Shown: piece after piece, positions 27,222 through 36,690 of the stretch
Position numbering within the stretch: the stretch's first letter is position 1
Layout of the letters: the number at the start of each line of letters is the position of its first letter
Notes under the pieces: model-generated
The model's database searches: none
Told to the model about the DNA's origin: nothing
The model's input: only the letters and a program-made list of their open reading frames with translations
Made by a program: the position numbers and the translations under genes
From: a phage
Sequence record: PZ000613.1
DNA: 64,000 nucleotides
Reading direction: 5' to 3' (one strand)

Positions 27222-27457
27222 AGATTACAAAGAGAGTGGATCGTGTCCCACTTGAGTCCTTAGAAAACGGGGCCGTGTTTAAGCATCCAGACAGTGACAC
27301 ACTCTATGTTAAAGGTTTTGTTCACGGCACACCTAATGTGTCCGTAAATAATGGACGTACTCTATCTCTTCGTCTACATGACGGGCTTGTAACAGCACCT
27401 GATTCTACGTGCCAAGTTATCCCTGTGTCAGCTGAACTTTTAGTGAGTGATTGCTAA
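27218..27457 (+). CDS. small paralog-family protein (79 aa)
   Basis: Family pattern RVPLESLENGAVF ... LRLHDGL ... VIPV. Confidence 0.55.
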   Translation: MKITKRVDRVPLESLENGAVFKHPDSDTLYVKGFVHGTPNVSVNNGRTLSLRLHDGLVTAPDSTCQVIPVSAELLVSDC

Positions 27458-27702
27458 TGAAAATCATCCCAAAGAAAAAGGATAATACGGTTCGATTGGA
27501 AACAATCATTCCCGGAAACCCTTTCGTGGTTCAGAACGGAAGTGCTTCTCCTCAGTATTATATGAGGGTTGAAAATGCTTCTGGTAATATCCGTATAGCT
27601 AGTGGTTGGATTCCTGTAGTGAATCTATTCACAGGTGTGCTGTGTGTTAAAGGTGCTGACGAACAGGTTGAAATGATTCGTATGTCAGTTGTTCAGGAGT
27701 AA
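27451..27702 (+). CDS. small paralog-family protein (83 aa)
   Basis: Family pattern TVRLETIIPGNPF ... IPVVNLFTGVL. Confidence 0.5.
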   Translation: MLMKIIPKKKDNTVRLETIIPGNPFVVQNGSASPQYYMRVENASGNIRIASGWIPVVNLFTGVLCVKGADEQVEMIRMSVVQE

Positions 27703-27704
27703 TC

Positions 27705-27965
27705 ATGAGCACTATTCATATTAAAGTTAAGAGCAAAGAGGAAACAGTCCTCCGTGTTAAAGATCTAAATATGTCAGATGTGTTCACTCTCCAAGAGTGC
27801 CATCTTCAAAAGACTTACATGCTGACAGCCAAGAGTAGGGGCAGTCAACCTGCTGGAGCTGTTAACCTAGGCACTGGAGAACTACGTGTCATCTCTGGTG
27901 ATATGGTTGTTGGTGAGAAGTTTAGTAAAGCTGAAATTATCTTAACTCCACAGGAAAACAAATGA
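27705..27965 (+). CDS. small paralog-family protein (86 aa)
   Basis: Family pattern VLRVKDLNMSDVF ... VNLGTGEL. Confidence 0.5.
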   Translation: MSTIHIKVKSKEETVLRVKDLNMSDVFTLQECHLQKTYMLTAKSRGSQPAGAVNLGTGELRVISGDMVVGEKFSKAEIILTPQENK

Positions 27966-28184
27966 GACGTAAAGCATATTCTTATGACGATATGATTAAC
28001 CAGAAAGGTTTTGGTCAACGACAGCCTGATGGTTCAATTATCTGGTTTGTAAACGGACAGAAAAAGGTAACTAAATAAGCCCTCTTCTCTCCTCCTTTTA
28101 GTACTATGACGCCTCTTTTTAGACGGCCCAATTTGCGTAGGGAATTCCCTCTACGCAGCCATGACTTTTTAAGGAATTTCCCCT

Positions 28185-28418
28185 ATGTCTAAAGTAAGCG
28201 CAATCGATGCAATCCGTCAACCGTTCCAGTTCCAATCCAAATCAACCCAAACCTTCAGTGAACCTAAGCAAATTCGCTTGGGCGGCACGGAGAAAACTGT
28301 GTTCGATCTGGCTAAAAACAAGAGCGTTACCGTAGTTGATGGTGGCACTCTGGTTAACGTTTCCCATCGCATCCGCACTGGCAAAACTGCCAAAGATCGT
28401 GCTAAGAAAGGTCTGTAA
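28185..28418 (+). CDS. hypothetical protein (77 aa)
   Basis: ORF preceded by the conserved 19-nt intergenic motif and a hairpin. Confidence 0.45.
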   Translation: MSKVSAIDAIRQPFQFQSKSTQTFSEPKQIRLGGTEKTVFDLAKNKSVTVVDGGTLVNVSHRIRTGKTAKDRAKKGL

Positions 28419-28669
28419 TGCAAATTTCCAATAAAACACCTCCTGAGCCTACTGTTCAAGTAAAAGATATGACACCGGGAGATGTGTTTCGTTCGGTTGA
28501 ATATCCGGGGGAATTCTTTATCCGAATCCCTTCTGCCTCTGTTGATGGTGTCACTAAGCCGGTAACAGCAGTTCAGTTGAGCACAGGTCATCTCTTCCGT
28601 TTAGAGCTTGACATGGCAGCTATTCCTGTTCCGACAGCAATCCTCCGCTTCGACGGAGACACAGAGTAA
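28418..28669 (+). CDS. small paralog-family protein (83 aa)
   Basis: Family pattern TVQVKDMTPGDVF ... VQLSTGHLF ... IPV. Confidence 0.55.
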   Translation: MQISNKTPPEPTVQVKDMTPGDVFRSVEYPGEFFIRIPSASVDGVTKPVTAVQLSTGHLFRLELDMAAIPVPTAILRFDGDTE

Positions 28670-29058
28670 CATCTATAGCCCTCGTAAGTATCAGAGGGCT
28701 ATGTGAGCTATTCTGGCTCAACTAACCTAATCTTAATATATTTCCCGTATGGGGCCGATGCTAGGGCGAGGAGTGTTCCTCAAACATCCGTCGGATAGAT
28801 ATTTTAAGAGCAGGTTATCCACAGATATTGGGTAATATCTTTTTTTGGATTTAAAGCTTGGCTCTTTTCGGAGAGTCCTTTTTTAAATTCAACGAGAGGA
28901 AATATGTCTAAATTAGATTTAAAACTGCTAGCAGCAGCGGTAGTGATTTGTGCACTAGCACTGGTAACGCAGAGAACATCTGGATTTATTCAGTGTTTCT
29001 TTTCTGGGCAATCCACTTATCAGTGGGTTATTGACGAGTGTAAACAACAGGAGTAAGT

Positions 29059-29421
29059 ATGAATACACGTCCCATCAAGGGCAACGTTAATATTGAAACT
29101 CTGAACAAGGTTGCATCAAACCTCGGTGGTATGTCCAACGAAGAACTTGAGCAAGAACTTGCTTGGATTGCAAATGGTATCACAATTGCTAAAGGTAAGA
29201 TGGCTCGTGAGCAAAGTAATATGAAAGCTCACAAGTATATCATCCGTCGTGCAAACATGTTACCGGATCGGGTTGTACATCTTGCCCGTAAGAACTACGA
29301 AAGTGCTAAAGAAGCCCTGCTTGAAGCAGAGTTTCAGAAGCATCAATTTATGAACAACTATCGAAACTTCCGAGATATTCTTTATATCCGTAAATCGATT
29401 GAGTTGATTAAAAACCAATAG
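29059..29421 (+). CDS. hypothetical protein (120 aa)
   Basis: ORF with RBS AGGAG. Confidence 0.45.
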   Translation: MNTRPIKGNVNIETLNKVASNLGGMSNEELEQELAWIANGITIAKGKMAREQSNMKAHKYIIRRANMLPDRVVHLARKNYESAKEALLEAEFQKHQFMNNYRNFRDILYIRKSIELIKNQ

Positions 29422-29432
29422 AGGTTGGTATA

Positions 29433-30629
29433 ATGTTTCCAGTAACATTAGAAGATACTGAAGGTAATGTTTTAACGGTCAACCCCCCTTGTTATGGGTT
29501 CCTTCAACTTCGAAACTATAATGGCGGCGTTGATGAAAATGATGACGAAGATGATGACTACTTCGACCCTAACATGTATGAGGCAACTCATGGATGGAAT
29601 ATGCACGTTCGAGTGTGGCATGAAGAAGCTAACGTTCGTAGTGCTGATGGGGAAGAGTTCCTGTTAAGCCGAGAGATGGATATGTGTAAAATCAAACATA
29701 TCTGGAACTCCGGAACTCACATGAAGATGTTAGGTTTTAGACGTTGGAGTGATGAAAAACCTGTATCCGCAGCTTTAGGTTGGGGTGCAATCGATCATGA
29801 AGGCGAGCTTAAAAATAACATCGAACGTTGGAACGACAAAAACCCTGAACACCGAACCACACCTCGTGCTGTACTGGAAGCTATGGAAGCATTTGTGGAC
29901 AAAGATCGTCCCTCCTGTTTACGCTGGCACGATAAAGGTTTTATGGGGGTAGCAACTGAGAACATCCCTGCTGATCGTTGTCTGTTCTATTTGATGTTAG
30001 ACCGAACCTTCTATTGTGAAGATGAAGAAAGTCAAGTTGAAACCTTCCTCCATAAATGGTTGGTTGAAGGCTGGACAATCCTTCAGGCTTATGTTTACTC
30101 ACGAATGGTTAGCACTTACACTAACCTCTTGGGTGAAACGAAAGCAACTCTGGTTGGTAATGATTGGGATGCTTGTATCTTCCCAGCGTCGCTATTTACA
30201 GTTGGTATGGCTGATAAATACGCTGAAGCATTTCAAGTGCCTTGGCGTCAACAGTCATACAGAGATGGATGCGGTCACTTCCGTGATGAAGACTTTAAGT
30301 GGATCCATTATGAGAATGATGAAACAGCAGAATTACGAGTTAACAACTCAATGTTCTTGCCAGTGATGCACCCCGATCTAGTAAAAGATGGTTCAGAGAT
30401 ACTTAAAGGTGATAATCTTTTGGTTAACTTTACCCGTCGCGTGTCTAAAAATGAGAGAACAGCTAACAAGCTAATCTACGGTATTCGTGCCGAGGCTAAA
30501 GACCTGTTCAACATCTACAACATCATTCAGCGATTTAGTAGTGGAACTCTGGACCAAAGTTCGGAGTATTCAGTGATTCCATCCTCTGAGTGGGATGGTA
30601 TTATGAGCGGATTATTTTTAGGAAAATAA
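29433..30629 (+). CDS. hypothetical protein, first gene of the amidoligase cassette (398 aa)
   Basis: ORF with RBS GAGG; tightly spaced with the downstream cassette genes; no motif recognised. Confidence 0.5.
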   Translation: MFPVTLEDTEGNVLTVNPPCYGFLQLRNYNGGVDENDDEDDDYFDPNMYEATHGWNMHVRVWHEEANVRSADGEEFLLSREMDMCKIKHIWNSGTHMKMLGFRRWSDEKPVSAALGWGAIDHEGELKNNIERWNDKNPEHRTTPRAVLEAMEAFVDKDRPSCLRWHDKGFMGVATENIPADRCLFYLMLDRTFYCEDEESQVETFLHKWLVEGWTILQAYVYSRMVSTYTNLLGETKATLVGNDWDACIFPASLFTVGMADKYAEAFQVPWRQQSYRDGCGHFRDEDFKWIHYENDETAELRVNNSMFLPVMHPDLVKDGSEILKGDNLLVNFTRRVSKNERTANKLIYGIRAEAKDLFNIYNIIQRFSSGTLDQSSEYSVIPSSEWDGIMSGLFLGK

Positions 30630-30639
30630 AAGGTTAGTT

Positions 30640-31611
30640 ATGTCAATCTCCACAACGATCGTACCTCTGAATCTTCAACAAGATTTAGGGGAACAGAAGT
30701 TCTTAGGTCGTGGGTGCTTCGGTATTCACAACTACATGCAAGGCCAATGCGTAATTGATATTAATGGCGAAGTTATCACGGAGGAAGGGCGTTATAGACG
30801 CTTCAACCGTGATATCAACTTGCAATTGGAGATGTTGAATTACTGGACTCACTCTTTTCACGGTCATGTTGCATCTGATATTGAAAAGAACCTGGTTGAA
30901 ACAGCAGACATTATGAACTCTATGTCTTGCTATCGTGACGTATTTACAATCACTTCAGCGAATAGTGTAGCTGTCAACCTCCGTGAGCATCCAGCAGATC
31001 AAATCTTCACAGGACTTATGCTCTTTCGTAGTATTCTGGAAGGGCAATATCGTGGAATGGATTTCCTAGCAGAAGGAATTGAAGACAGGGAAGAGTGGCT
31101 GAAGCGTAAACGCATCGGCATCGCTTTAGTGTTAGCTGGGTTGGGTCGTGACTTCTTCGGTGGATGGTCTCAACGAGGAAGAGCCAATGGGAGTAGTGAG
31201 AGCACATCTATTGTTGTCAACAATAATATGTCAGCAGCAGCCTTCCTTCCTTTGGTTGTAGACTCTGATGAATACACGAAGCAAGTATGGGTTCAAAACC
31301 CCTTCGGTGTTGGCGACAACGAGAATGGTTATGTTCGTAACCATAACCAAGATGCCTTACGAAGATTTGCTCGTGCTAAAGATCAATACCCTGGCGAGTA
31401 TGAAACAATGTCAGAGTGGTTAAGACTCTGGTCCAACTGTCATGGTCACAAACGTGAAGCAATAGACAATAAGTTGGAAAACATTACAGTACAAAACTTT
31501 ACAGCCCGACTAATTCAGCGTACTGGAGCAGATTCCGGTCTTACTCTTGAAGAAGTTGGTAACACAATCTCATCTCTCTTTTCTGAACTAGTGGAGTATT
31601 ACAATGACTAA
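30640..31611 (+). CDS. hypothetical protein in the amidoligase cassette (323 aa)
   Basis: ORF overlapping the downstream amidoligase start; no motif recognised. Confidence 0.5.
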   Translation: MSISTTIVPLNLQQDLGEQKFLGRGCFGIHNYMQGQCVIDINGEVITEEGRYRRFNRDINLQLEMLNYWTHSFHGHVASDIEKNLVETADIMNSMSCYRDVFTITSANSVAVNLREHPADQIFTGLMLFRSILEGQYRGMDFLAEGIEDREEWLKRKRIGIALVLAGLGRDFFGGWSQRGRANGSSESTSIVVNNNMSAAAFLPLVVDSDEYTKQVWVQNPFGVGDNENGYVRNHNQDALRRFARAKDQYPGEYETMSEWLRLWSNCHGHKREAIDNKLENITVQNFTARLIQRTGADSGLTLEEVGNTISSLFSELVEYYND

Positions 31612-32410
31612 GCGCAAATTTCTTATCGGCTCTGACCCTGAAATGTTTGTTCGTACTAGCAACGGTATCATCACCTCTGTAGCCGGTTTATTAGGCTGCT
31701 CTAAGGACGATAAGATCGCTCTGGCTAAGGATGTTCGTCTCCAAGAGGACAACGTACTGGCTGAGTTTGATATTGACCCACAGAGCGGTTTTGAAGCGTT
31801 TAACGATAACATGCAACGTGGTATTGATCTCACCAATAATGTCCTGAACAAACTGGACATGGAAACAGCTCCGGGTGTTAGCTCTCACATCTTCACTGAA
31901 GAAGAGATGAAGACTTTCAATGAATCAGCGTTCATCTTCGGATGTACTCCTGACTTCAACGCTTTCACTGGTCAGAAAAACCCATCCCCAACTTCTCAGA
32001 ACAAGGGACTTCGTACTGCCGGTGGTCACGTACACCTTGGTGTGGTTGGTGCTTTGGATATCACTCTTCAAACTCAGATGATGCTTGGCGTGCTGTGTGA
32101 CTACTTCCTGTCACTCCCAGCAGTAATTATGGACAAAGACACTCGCCGTAAAGAACTCTACGGTAAAGCATCTGCAATCCGTTATAAAGACTATGGTATT
32201 GAATACCGTTCGCTGTCTAACTTCTGGATTAGTGATCGTGAAAACCGTAAGTTTGTTTACGATCAGGTTGACAAGGTTGTTCAGCAGTGTGATATGTCTA
32301 CTCTCATGGCATTGCACTCTCGCCTTCCGATTGAGAAGCTTCATGAAATCATTAACGGTAACAACGTTAAAGAAGCGGACCAGCAGATCAAACTCCTTCA
32401 GGTAGCATAA
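31604..32410 (+). CDS. GCS2/amidoligase-type carboxylate-amine ligase (268 aa)
   Basis: N-terminal LIGSDPEMF (acidic E/D motif) and central GGHVHLG (HVH motif), typical of the glutamine-synthetase-like amidoligase fold. Confidence 0.55.
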   Translation: MTKRKFLIGSDPEMFVRTSNGIITSVAGLLGCSKDDKIALAKDVRLQEDNVLAEFDIDPQSGFEAFNDNMQRGIDLTNNVLNKLDMETAPGVSSHIFTEEEMKTFNESAFIFGCTPDFNAFTGQKNPSPTSQNKGLRTAGGHVHLGVVGALDITLQTQMMLGVLCDYFLSLPAVIMDKDTRRKELYGKASAIRYKDYGIEYRSLSNFWISDRENRKFVYDQVDKVVQQCDMSTLMALHSRLPIEKLHEIINGNNVKEADQQIKLLQVA

Positions 32411-32419
32411 GAGGTTATC

Positions 32420-33037
32420 GTGAGCTTAGTAGCTGATTTTTCTCATTACTATAATGGTACATGGATTGCTAAACGAGCAGGTAATATCAACCTTCCATGT
32501 TTTGTGATTGGTGTTGAGCAGAGCGGTAACTTCCGCAGTGATGACTTCTCTCACGAAGCAGAGCAGGCTCTGTACTTTGTTGTAGAGCAGTGGTACAAGA
32601 ATGAGCATGGGAATCTCCGAAACACTACGATGAATATTCCAGTGTTCGACCCAACCTTGATTCTTGAATCACCTGATGTTGGTTATCTGTTCCATAACGG
32701 TAACACTGTAAGCTGGACTCATATCAACCCTGTTCGACAGAGAGCGAAGGGTTTGATGGGTAATAAGATTAGAAACGCTCCGGGGATTGGTCGTTCTATC
32801 TCTGGTGAAATGGTTTACAGTCTGTTCAATCCTGAATTTGATGGATTGGTTACTCGTTATATTTACATCAATCCTACAGATGGTAAAGTGCATTATAAAG
32901 GTGCACTGGTAGGTCAGGTAGATCTGGAAGCACCTCGTGACTCTTACGGTCAACAACCGATGCGACTTCTGGAATATTTTCATCACATCTCTGAAAACCT
33001 TAGCAATTATAATATTACGTTGGTGGATTCGTTATGA
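32420..33037 (+). CDS. hypothetical protein in the amidoligase cassette (205 aa)
   Basis: ORF with ATGA-type overlap to the next gene. Confidence 0.45.
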   Translation: MSLVADFSHYYNGTWIAKRAGNINLPCFVIGVEQSGNFRSDDFSHEAEQALYFVVEQWYKNEHGNLRNTTMNIPVFDPTLILESPDVGYLFHNGNTVSWTHINPVRQRAKGLMGNKIRNAPGIGRSISGEMVYSLFNPEFDGLVTRYIYINPTDGKVHYKGALVGQVDLEAPRDSYGQQPMRLLEYFHHISENLSNYNITLVDSL

Positions 33038-34137
33038 CAACTGTAGCGCAAACTTTTGGATATCGAGAAGGTCGTTTAACTGAGGCGCATAGTTCAATTG
33101 CACTTCAGTGCGGTGTCGGTATTGAACTTGAACTCGAAGGTTCTGAACATATCGAAGCAGATATGTGGGATTGCACAGAGGATGGTTCCCTGCGTAATGG
33201 TTGTGAAATGGTATGTTCACGGCCTTACAATGGACAGGAGTTGTTAGACGCTATCAACAACCTGAGTGAAGCAGTAGCTGAATCGCACGCCGAGGGGACT
33301 TGGCGTTGCTCTACTCACGTTCATATGGATATGAGGGATGCTGATAGTAATATCCTCAAGAAGACCATCCTTGCTTGGACCTTCTATGAAAAGATGCTGT
33401 TCAAGTGTTCAGGCTACCATCGTTACCGTAGCAATTTCTGCCCTGCGTTTGCAGTGGTACAAGCGCAGGTAATGAATGCCTCTGACGCATTTAACTACGA
33501 TGGTGAAGAGTTCTTCAACCGTCTGGTTCGTTCATGGGATAAATATACATCTCTGAACCTTCTGCCACTTGCCCAATACGGTTCAATTGAGTTCCGTATC
33601 AGTGAGCCTAAGTGGAAACGTGGTCAACTTCTCAATCTGGTTAACCGCTTCTTGATGTTGAAGAAGCTGGCTTTAGATAACGCAGACATGAGCAATGATC
33701 AGTTTATCGAGCACTTAAATACTGTACGATTTGCCCCAATGCTTCCTTACCTTCCTCTGGATTACAATCTGGATGAATCGGATTTGCATTCAGGGTATTG
33801 TATGGCCCGTGATGTTTTGTATTGTCGTTCTCATGAAGTAGAACAGTCTGGTCGTATTCGTTTACGTCGAACCAACTCCAACGGAGAGGTTCTTGTTGAC
33901 TTACGTCTTATGTCAGACTTCTACGGATTCCTTGGGTATGTCCGAGGGAACGCTAACAATTTGTACCAAGAGATTCTGGTTATGCTTCGTACAGCAGACC
34001 TATCTCAAGTAAGACACGCTCCAGAACAACGTATCCGTGCTATTTTTGACTTACTTCGTGAGTCAGGTCACAGTGATAACAATATCACAGGGTACATTCC
34101 AGACCATCTGGAAAATCAGTTAGAGCAAGCGCTGTAA
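33034..34137 (+). CDS. second GCS2/amidoligase-type ligase (367 aa)
   Basis: GVGIELELEGSEH (E-x-E motif) and CSTHVHMDM (HVH motif). Confidence 0.55.
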   Translation: MTTVAQTFGYREGRLTEAHSSIALQCGVGIELELEGSEHIEADMWDCTEDGSLRNGCEMVCSRPYNGQELLDAINNLSEAVAESHAEGTWRCSTHVHMDMRDADSNILKKTILAWTFYEKMLFKCSGYHRYRSNFCPAFAVVQAQVMNASDAFNYDGEEFFNRLVRSWDKYTSLNLLPLAQYGSIEFRISEPKWKRGQLLNLVNRFLMLKKLALDNADMSNDQFIEHLNTVRFAPMLPYLPLDYNLDESDLHSGYCMARDVLYCRSHEVEQSGRIRLRRTNSNGEVLVDLRLMSDFYGFLGYVRGNANNLYQEILVMLRTADLSQVRHAPEQRIRAIFDLLRESGHSDNNITGYIPDHLENQLEQAL

Positions 34138-34216
34138 TCAATGGGTGCCTCTGACAAAGGGGCACAATTTAAAGGTTAATTAGATGAAAGGGTTTACCCT
34201 TCAGGTGGATTAGAAA

Positions 34217-36247
34217 ATTTGTGGCATCGTATTAGCTGGCGGTAATCTGTCAAGCACTGATTTAGACGTATTTAACCAACTCTTTTATGCTGGGGTGTTC
34301 CGAGGGCAGCATTCCTCTGGTATCTTCGGTCAGCGTAAAAGCACTAAGGAAGTCTTCACTTATAAAGAAGCTCTTCCTTCTTTCGCATTCATCCTACAAG
34401 ATGAGTACAAGAAGCATACCACTGGTGAAACAGCTTACACTGTAGCACCTTCATGGATTGTTGGTCACAGCCGTCATGCAACGAAAGGTGCAGTTAACGC
34501 CAAGAACGCCCATCCTTTCCAACATGGTAACATCACTCTGGTTCATAACGGAACCTTGATGGACCAAGATCTGTTACCTGACAGCAAAAACTTCGAGGTA
34601 GACAGTGAGAACATCTGCCACTCTATTAACACAATTGGTGCAGCAGAGACTATTCAAAAGCTGGATGGTGCTTTCACTTTAATCTGGCATGATGCTTCTG
34701 ATAACCGCCTTCATATCATCCGTAACGAAGAGCGTCCATTCCACCTCGCACGTTGTAACAGAGATTGGTTTGGTGCTTCTGAAGAAGATATGTTGATGTG
34801 GATTCTGAAGCGTTCTAAGTCTCATAAGAACCGTATTGACGAGCATTTTGAATGTAAAGTTGGTACAGAGTATATCTTTGATATGTCAAACAACGGCATG
34901 ACTTTGGTTGAAGAGGTCGCCCACGAGCTTCCGGTTTTTACGGTAGCCAATCGTTGGGGCAGTTATTACTCGAACAACTACAGCCAAAGCAACTATCAAA
35001 GTTCCTCAAAAAGCAGTACAAGCAATCCTTACGACACGAAGCCGGGAGTGACAGCGGCAGACGTTCGTCGAAGAAACGCAGTGGTAAGTCAAAACAAAAT
35101 CGCAAGCGATCGAAACATTGATATTCGCCGCGATATGACTGTGGAAATCACTCCGCATGAGTTTGTTCCTTATGCAACTGCTGGTGCTGTTCCTTCTCGT
35201 GGTAAGATGATTGGTTATATCTACGATGAGAAATCTCAAGAGTATATCGAAGGGGATGTTCATAACGTAGACATTAAGGCTTATCAGGATGCCCTGAAAG
35301 ACCCTAAAATTGTTTACCGTGGGACAGTATCCTGTATCTCCGAAGTTAATGCTATGGTTCGCTTAGTGATCACAGCAGGTCGTTTTGTTGACCCATCTCT
35401 GGAGAAAAAGGAGCCTGAGTCTACTACTGCTGACTTTGATGATGATATCCCTTTTGACATGAATGATAGTTTCGTCAACAAGAATGGCGTTACTATCACT
35501 CGTAAATTCTGGGAAGCACATTCTCATGGTGATTGTGGTGGTTGTGACAAACACATTGATTGGAAGGATGCACCTAAAGCAGTCTTCGCATATCAGTGCT
35601 ACTGGCATCCTGAATGTCTGGAAGGTTTGACTAAACCTAAAGAGGAAGAAGAGGAGGAGACTCCTATTGGTGTTTGTGAAATCTGTGGTGAAGTTAAAAC
35701 AGAGAATGAGTTCGATGATGAGCTTAGTCGTCTTCGTGGTGAAGATATCTGTAAAGTCTGCGCTGTAGAAGTAAAGAAGAAAGTATCTAATGCTACGATC
35801 AAAGATGGTTATGTCTGGATTAAAGCGACAGATACAACAAACGCCCGTCGTCCTGAGTTTGCTTTACGTGTAACTGAAGACATGATCGGTCGTATGACGG
35901 TATTACCTTCCTCAGCGAAACAGACAGGCATCACTCTGGAGGATGTTGTTGATGCTTATGTTGAGAAACGTAGCAACAGTATTTTTGCAATCTCAACTAA
36001 GCCAAAAAAGGAGGAACCTGCTGAGAAAGCAGGTGTGTTTCCTGAATCACGAACAGCTCTCCGCAAAACTGTTGTCAGCTTCGACGGAAACCGAAGCACT
36101 GACTTCACCAAAGCCATGTGGTCAACCCTCGGATACTGCTCAGAGTGTTTTAAGCAGATTCCGTGGCGCGATGCTGAAAGTTGTACGCTTGGTTCTATGA
36201 ATCAAGTTTATTGTAATTCTCCTAAATGTTCATTGAATAGAGGTTAA
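34217..36247 (+). CDS. class-II (Ntn) glutamine amidotransferase domain protein with Cys-rich C-terminal region; apparent AUU start (about 676 aa)
   Basis: In-frame ATT-TGT-GGC-ATC-GTA right after a TAG gives the canonical GATase-II N-terminus (M)CGIVLAGG; further motifs FRGQHSSGI, GHSRHATKG, NAHPF, HNGTLMD; C-terminal half has paired Cys clusters. The ORF track starts at the internal GTG 34295. Confidence 0.6.
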   Translation: MCGIVLAGGNLSSTDLDVFNQLFYAGVFRGQHSSGIFGQRKSTKEVFTYKEALPSFAFILQDEYKKHTTGETAYTVAPSWIVGHSRHATKGAVNAKNAHPFQHGNITLVHNGTLMDQDLLPDSKNFEVDSENICHSINTIGAAETIQKLDGAFTLIWHDASDNRLHIIRNEERPFHLARCNRDWFGASEEDMLMWILKRSKSHKNRIDEHFECKVGTEYIFDMSNNGMTLVEEVAHELPVFTVANRWGSYYSNNYSQSNYQSSSKSSTSNPYDTKPGVTAADVRRRNAVVSQNKIASDRNIDIRRDMTVEITPHEFVPYATAGAVPSRGKMIGYIYDEKSQEYIEGDVHNVDIKAYQDALKDPKIVYRGTVSCISEVNAMVRLVITAGRFVDPSLEKKEPESTTADFDDDIPFDMNDSFVNKNGVTITRKFWEAHSHGDCGGCDKHIDWKDAPKAVFAYQCYWHPECLEGLTKPKEEEEEETPIGVCEICGEVKTENEFDDELSRLRGEDICKVCAVEVKKKVSNATIKDGYVWIKATDTTNARRPEFALRVTEDMIGRMTVLPSSAKQTGITLEDVVDAYVEKRSNSIFAISTKPKKEEPAEKAGVFPESRTALRKTVVSFDGNRSTDFTKAMWSTLGYCSECFKQIPWRDAESCTLGSMNQVYCNSPKCSLNRG

Positions 36248-36249
36248 GT

Positions 36250-36483
36250 ATGGAAATTCGTAAGATGATGCTGGATAACGTTGTAACTACTCGACGTATC
36301 CCGATGACGAGCACAGGATGTGATAACCTTCGTGCAATCCAGAAGTGGATGCAAGCTGGTATTGGTCAAGTACTTGAAACACAGGTTGAGGTTCCTTTCC
36401 CAACGGTGATCAATAACGTACTTGCTGATTATGTAAAAATCAAAGGCATTAAGGTAGAACCTCATGTCAAATCTGGTTCCTAA
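36250..36483 (+). CDS. hypothetical small protein (77 aa)
   Basis: ORF between the amidotransferase and ATP-grasp genes. Confidence 0.4.
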   Translation: MEIRKMMLDNVVTTRRIPMTSTGCDNLRAIQKWMQAGIGQVLETQVEVPFPTVINNVLADYVKIKGIKVEPHVKSGS

Positions 36484-36688
36484 GAAACCGAAGATTACTC
36501 TCCTACAGTATTACATAGGAGTTCATATCGAATTAGTAACGGAGCAGCGAAAGCTGTATCCGTTTGCTTTCGGTCTGATTGATGCACCATCCGACGAAGT
36601 AGAGAACGATGCGTTCAATGACTACTTCGAAATTGAAGCTCAGATTCAAAAAACTCGTAACGAAATTCTTAAACTTAAAGGTATCTAA
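36464..36688 (+). CDS. hypothetical small protein with acidic C-terminal region (74 aa)
   Basis: ORF immediately upstream of the ATP-grasp gene. Confidence 0.4.
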   Translation: MSNLVPKKPKITLLQYYIGVHIELVTEQRKLYPFAFGLIDAPSDEVENDAFNDYFEIEAQIQKTRNEILKLKGI

Positions 36689-36690
36689 CA

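Noticed and set aside
34295-36247. GTG at 34295 as the amidotransferase start (as in the ORF track)
   Set aside because: It would remove the catalytic N-terminal Cys and the conserved CGIV segment, which is encoded in frame immediately upstream after an AUU codon.
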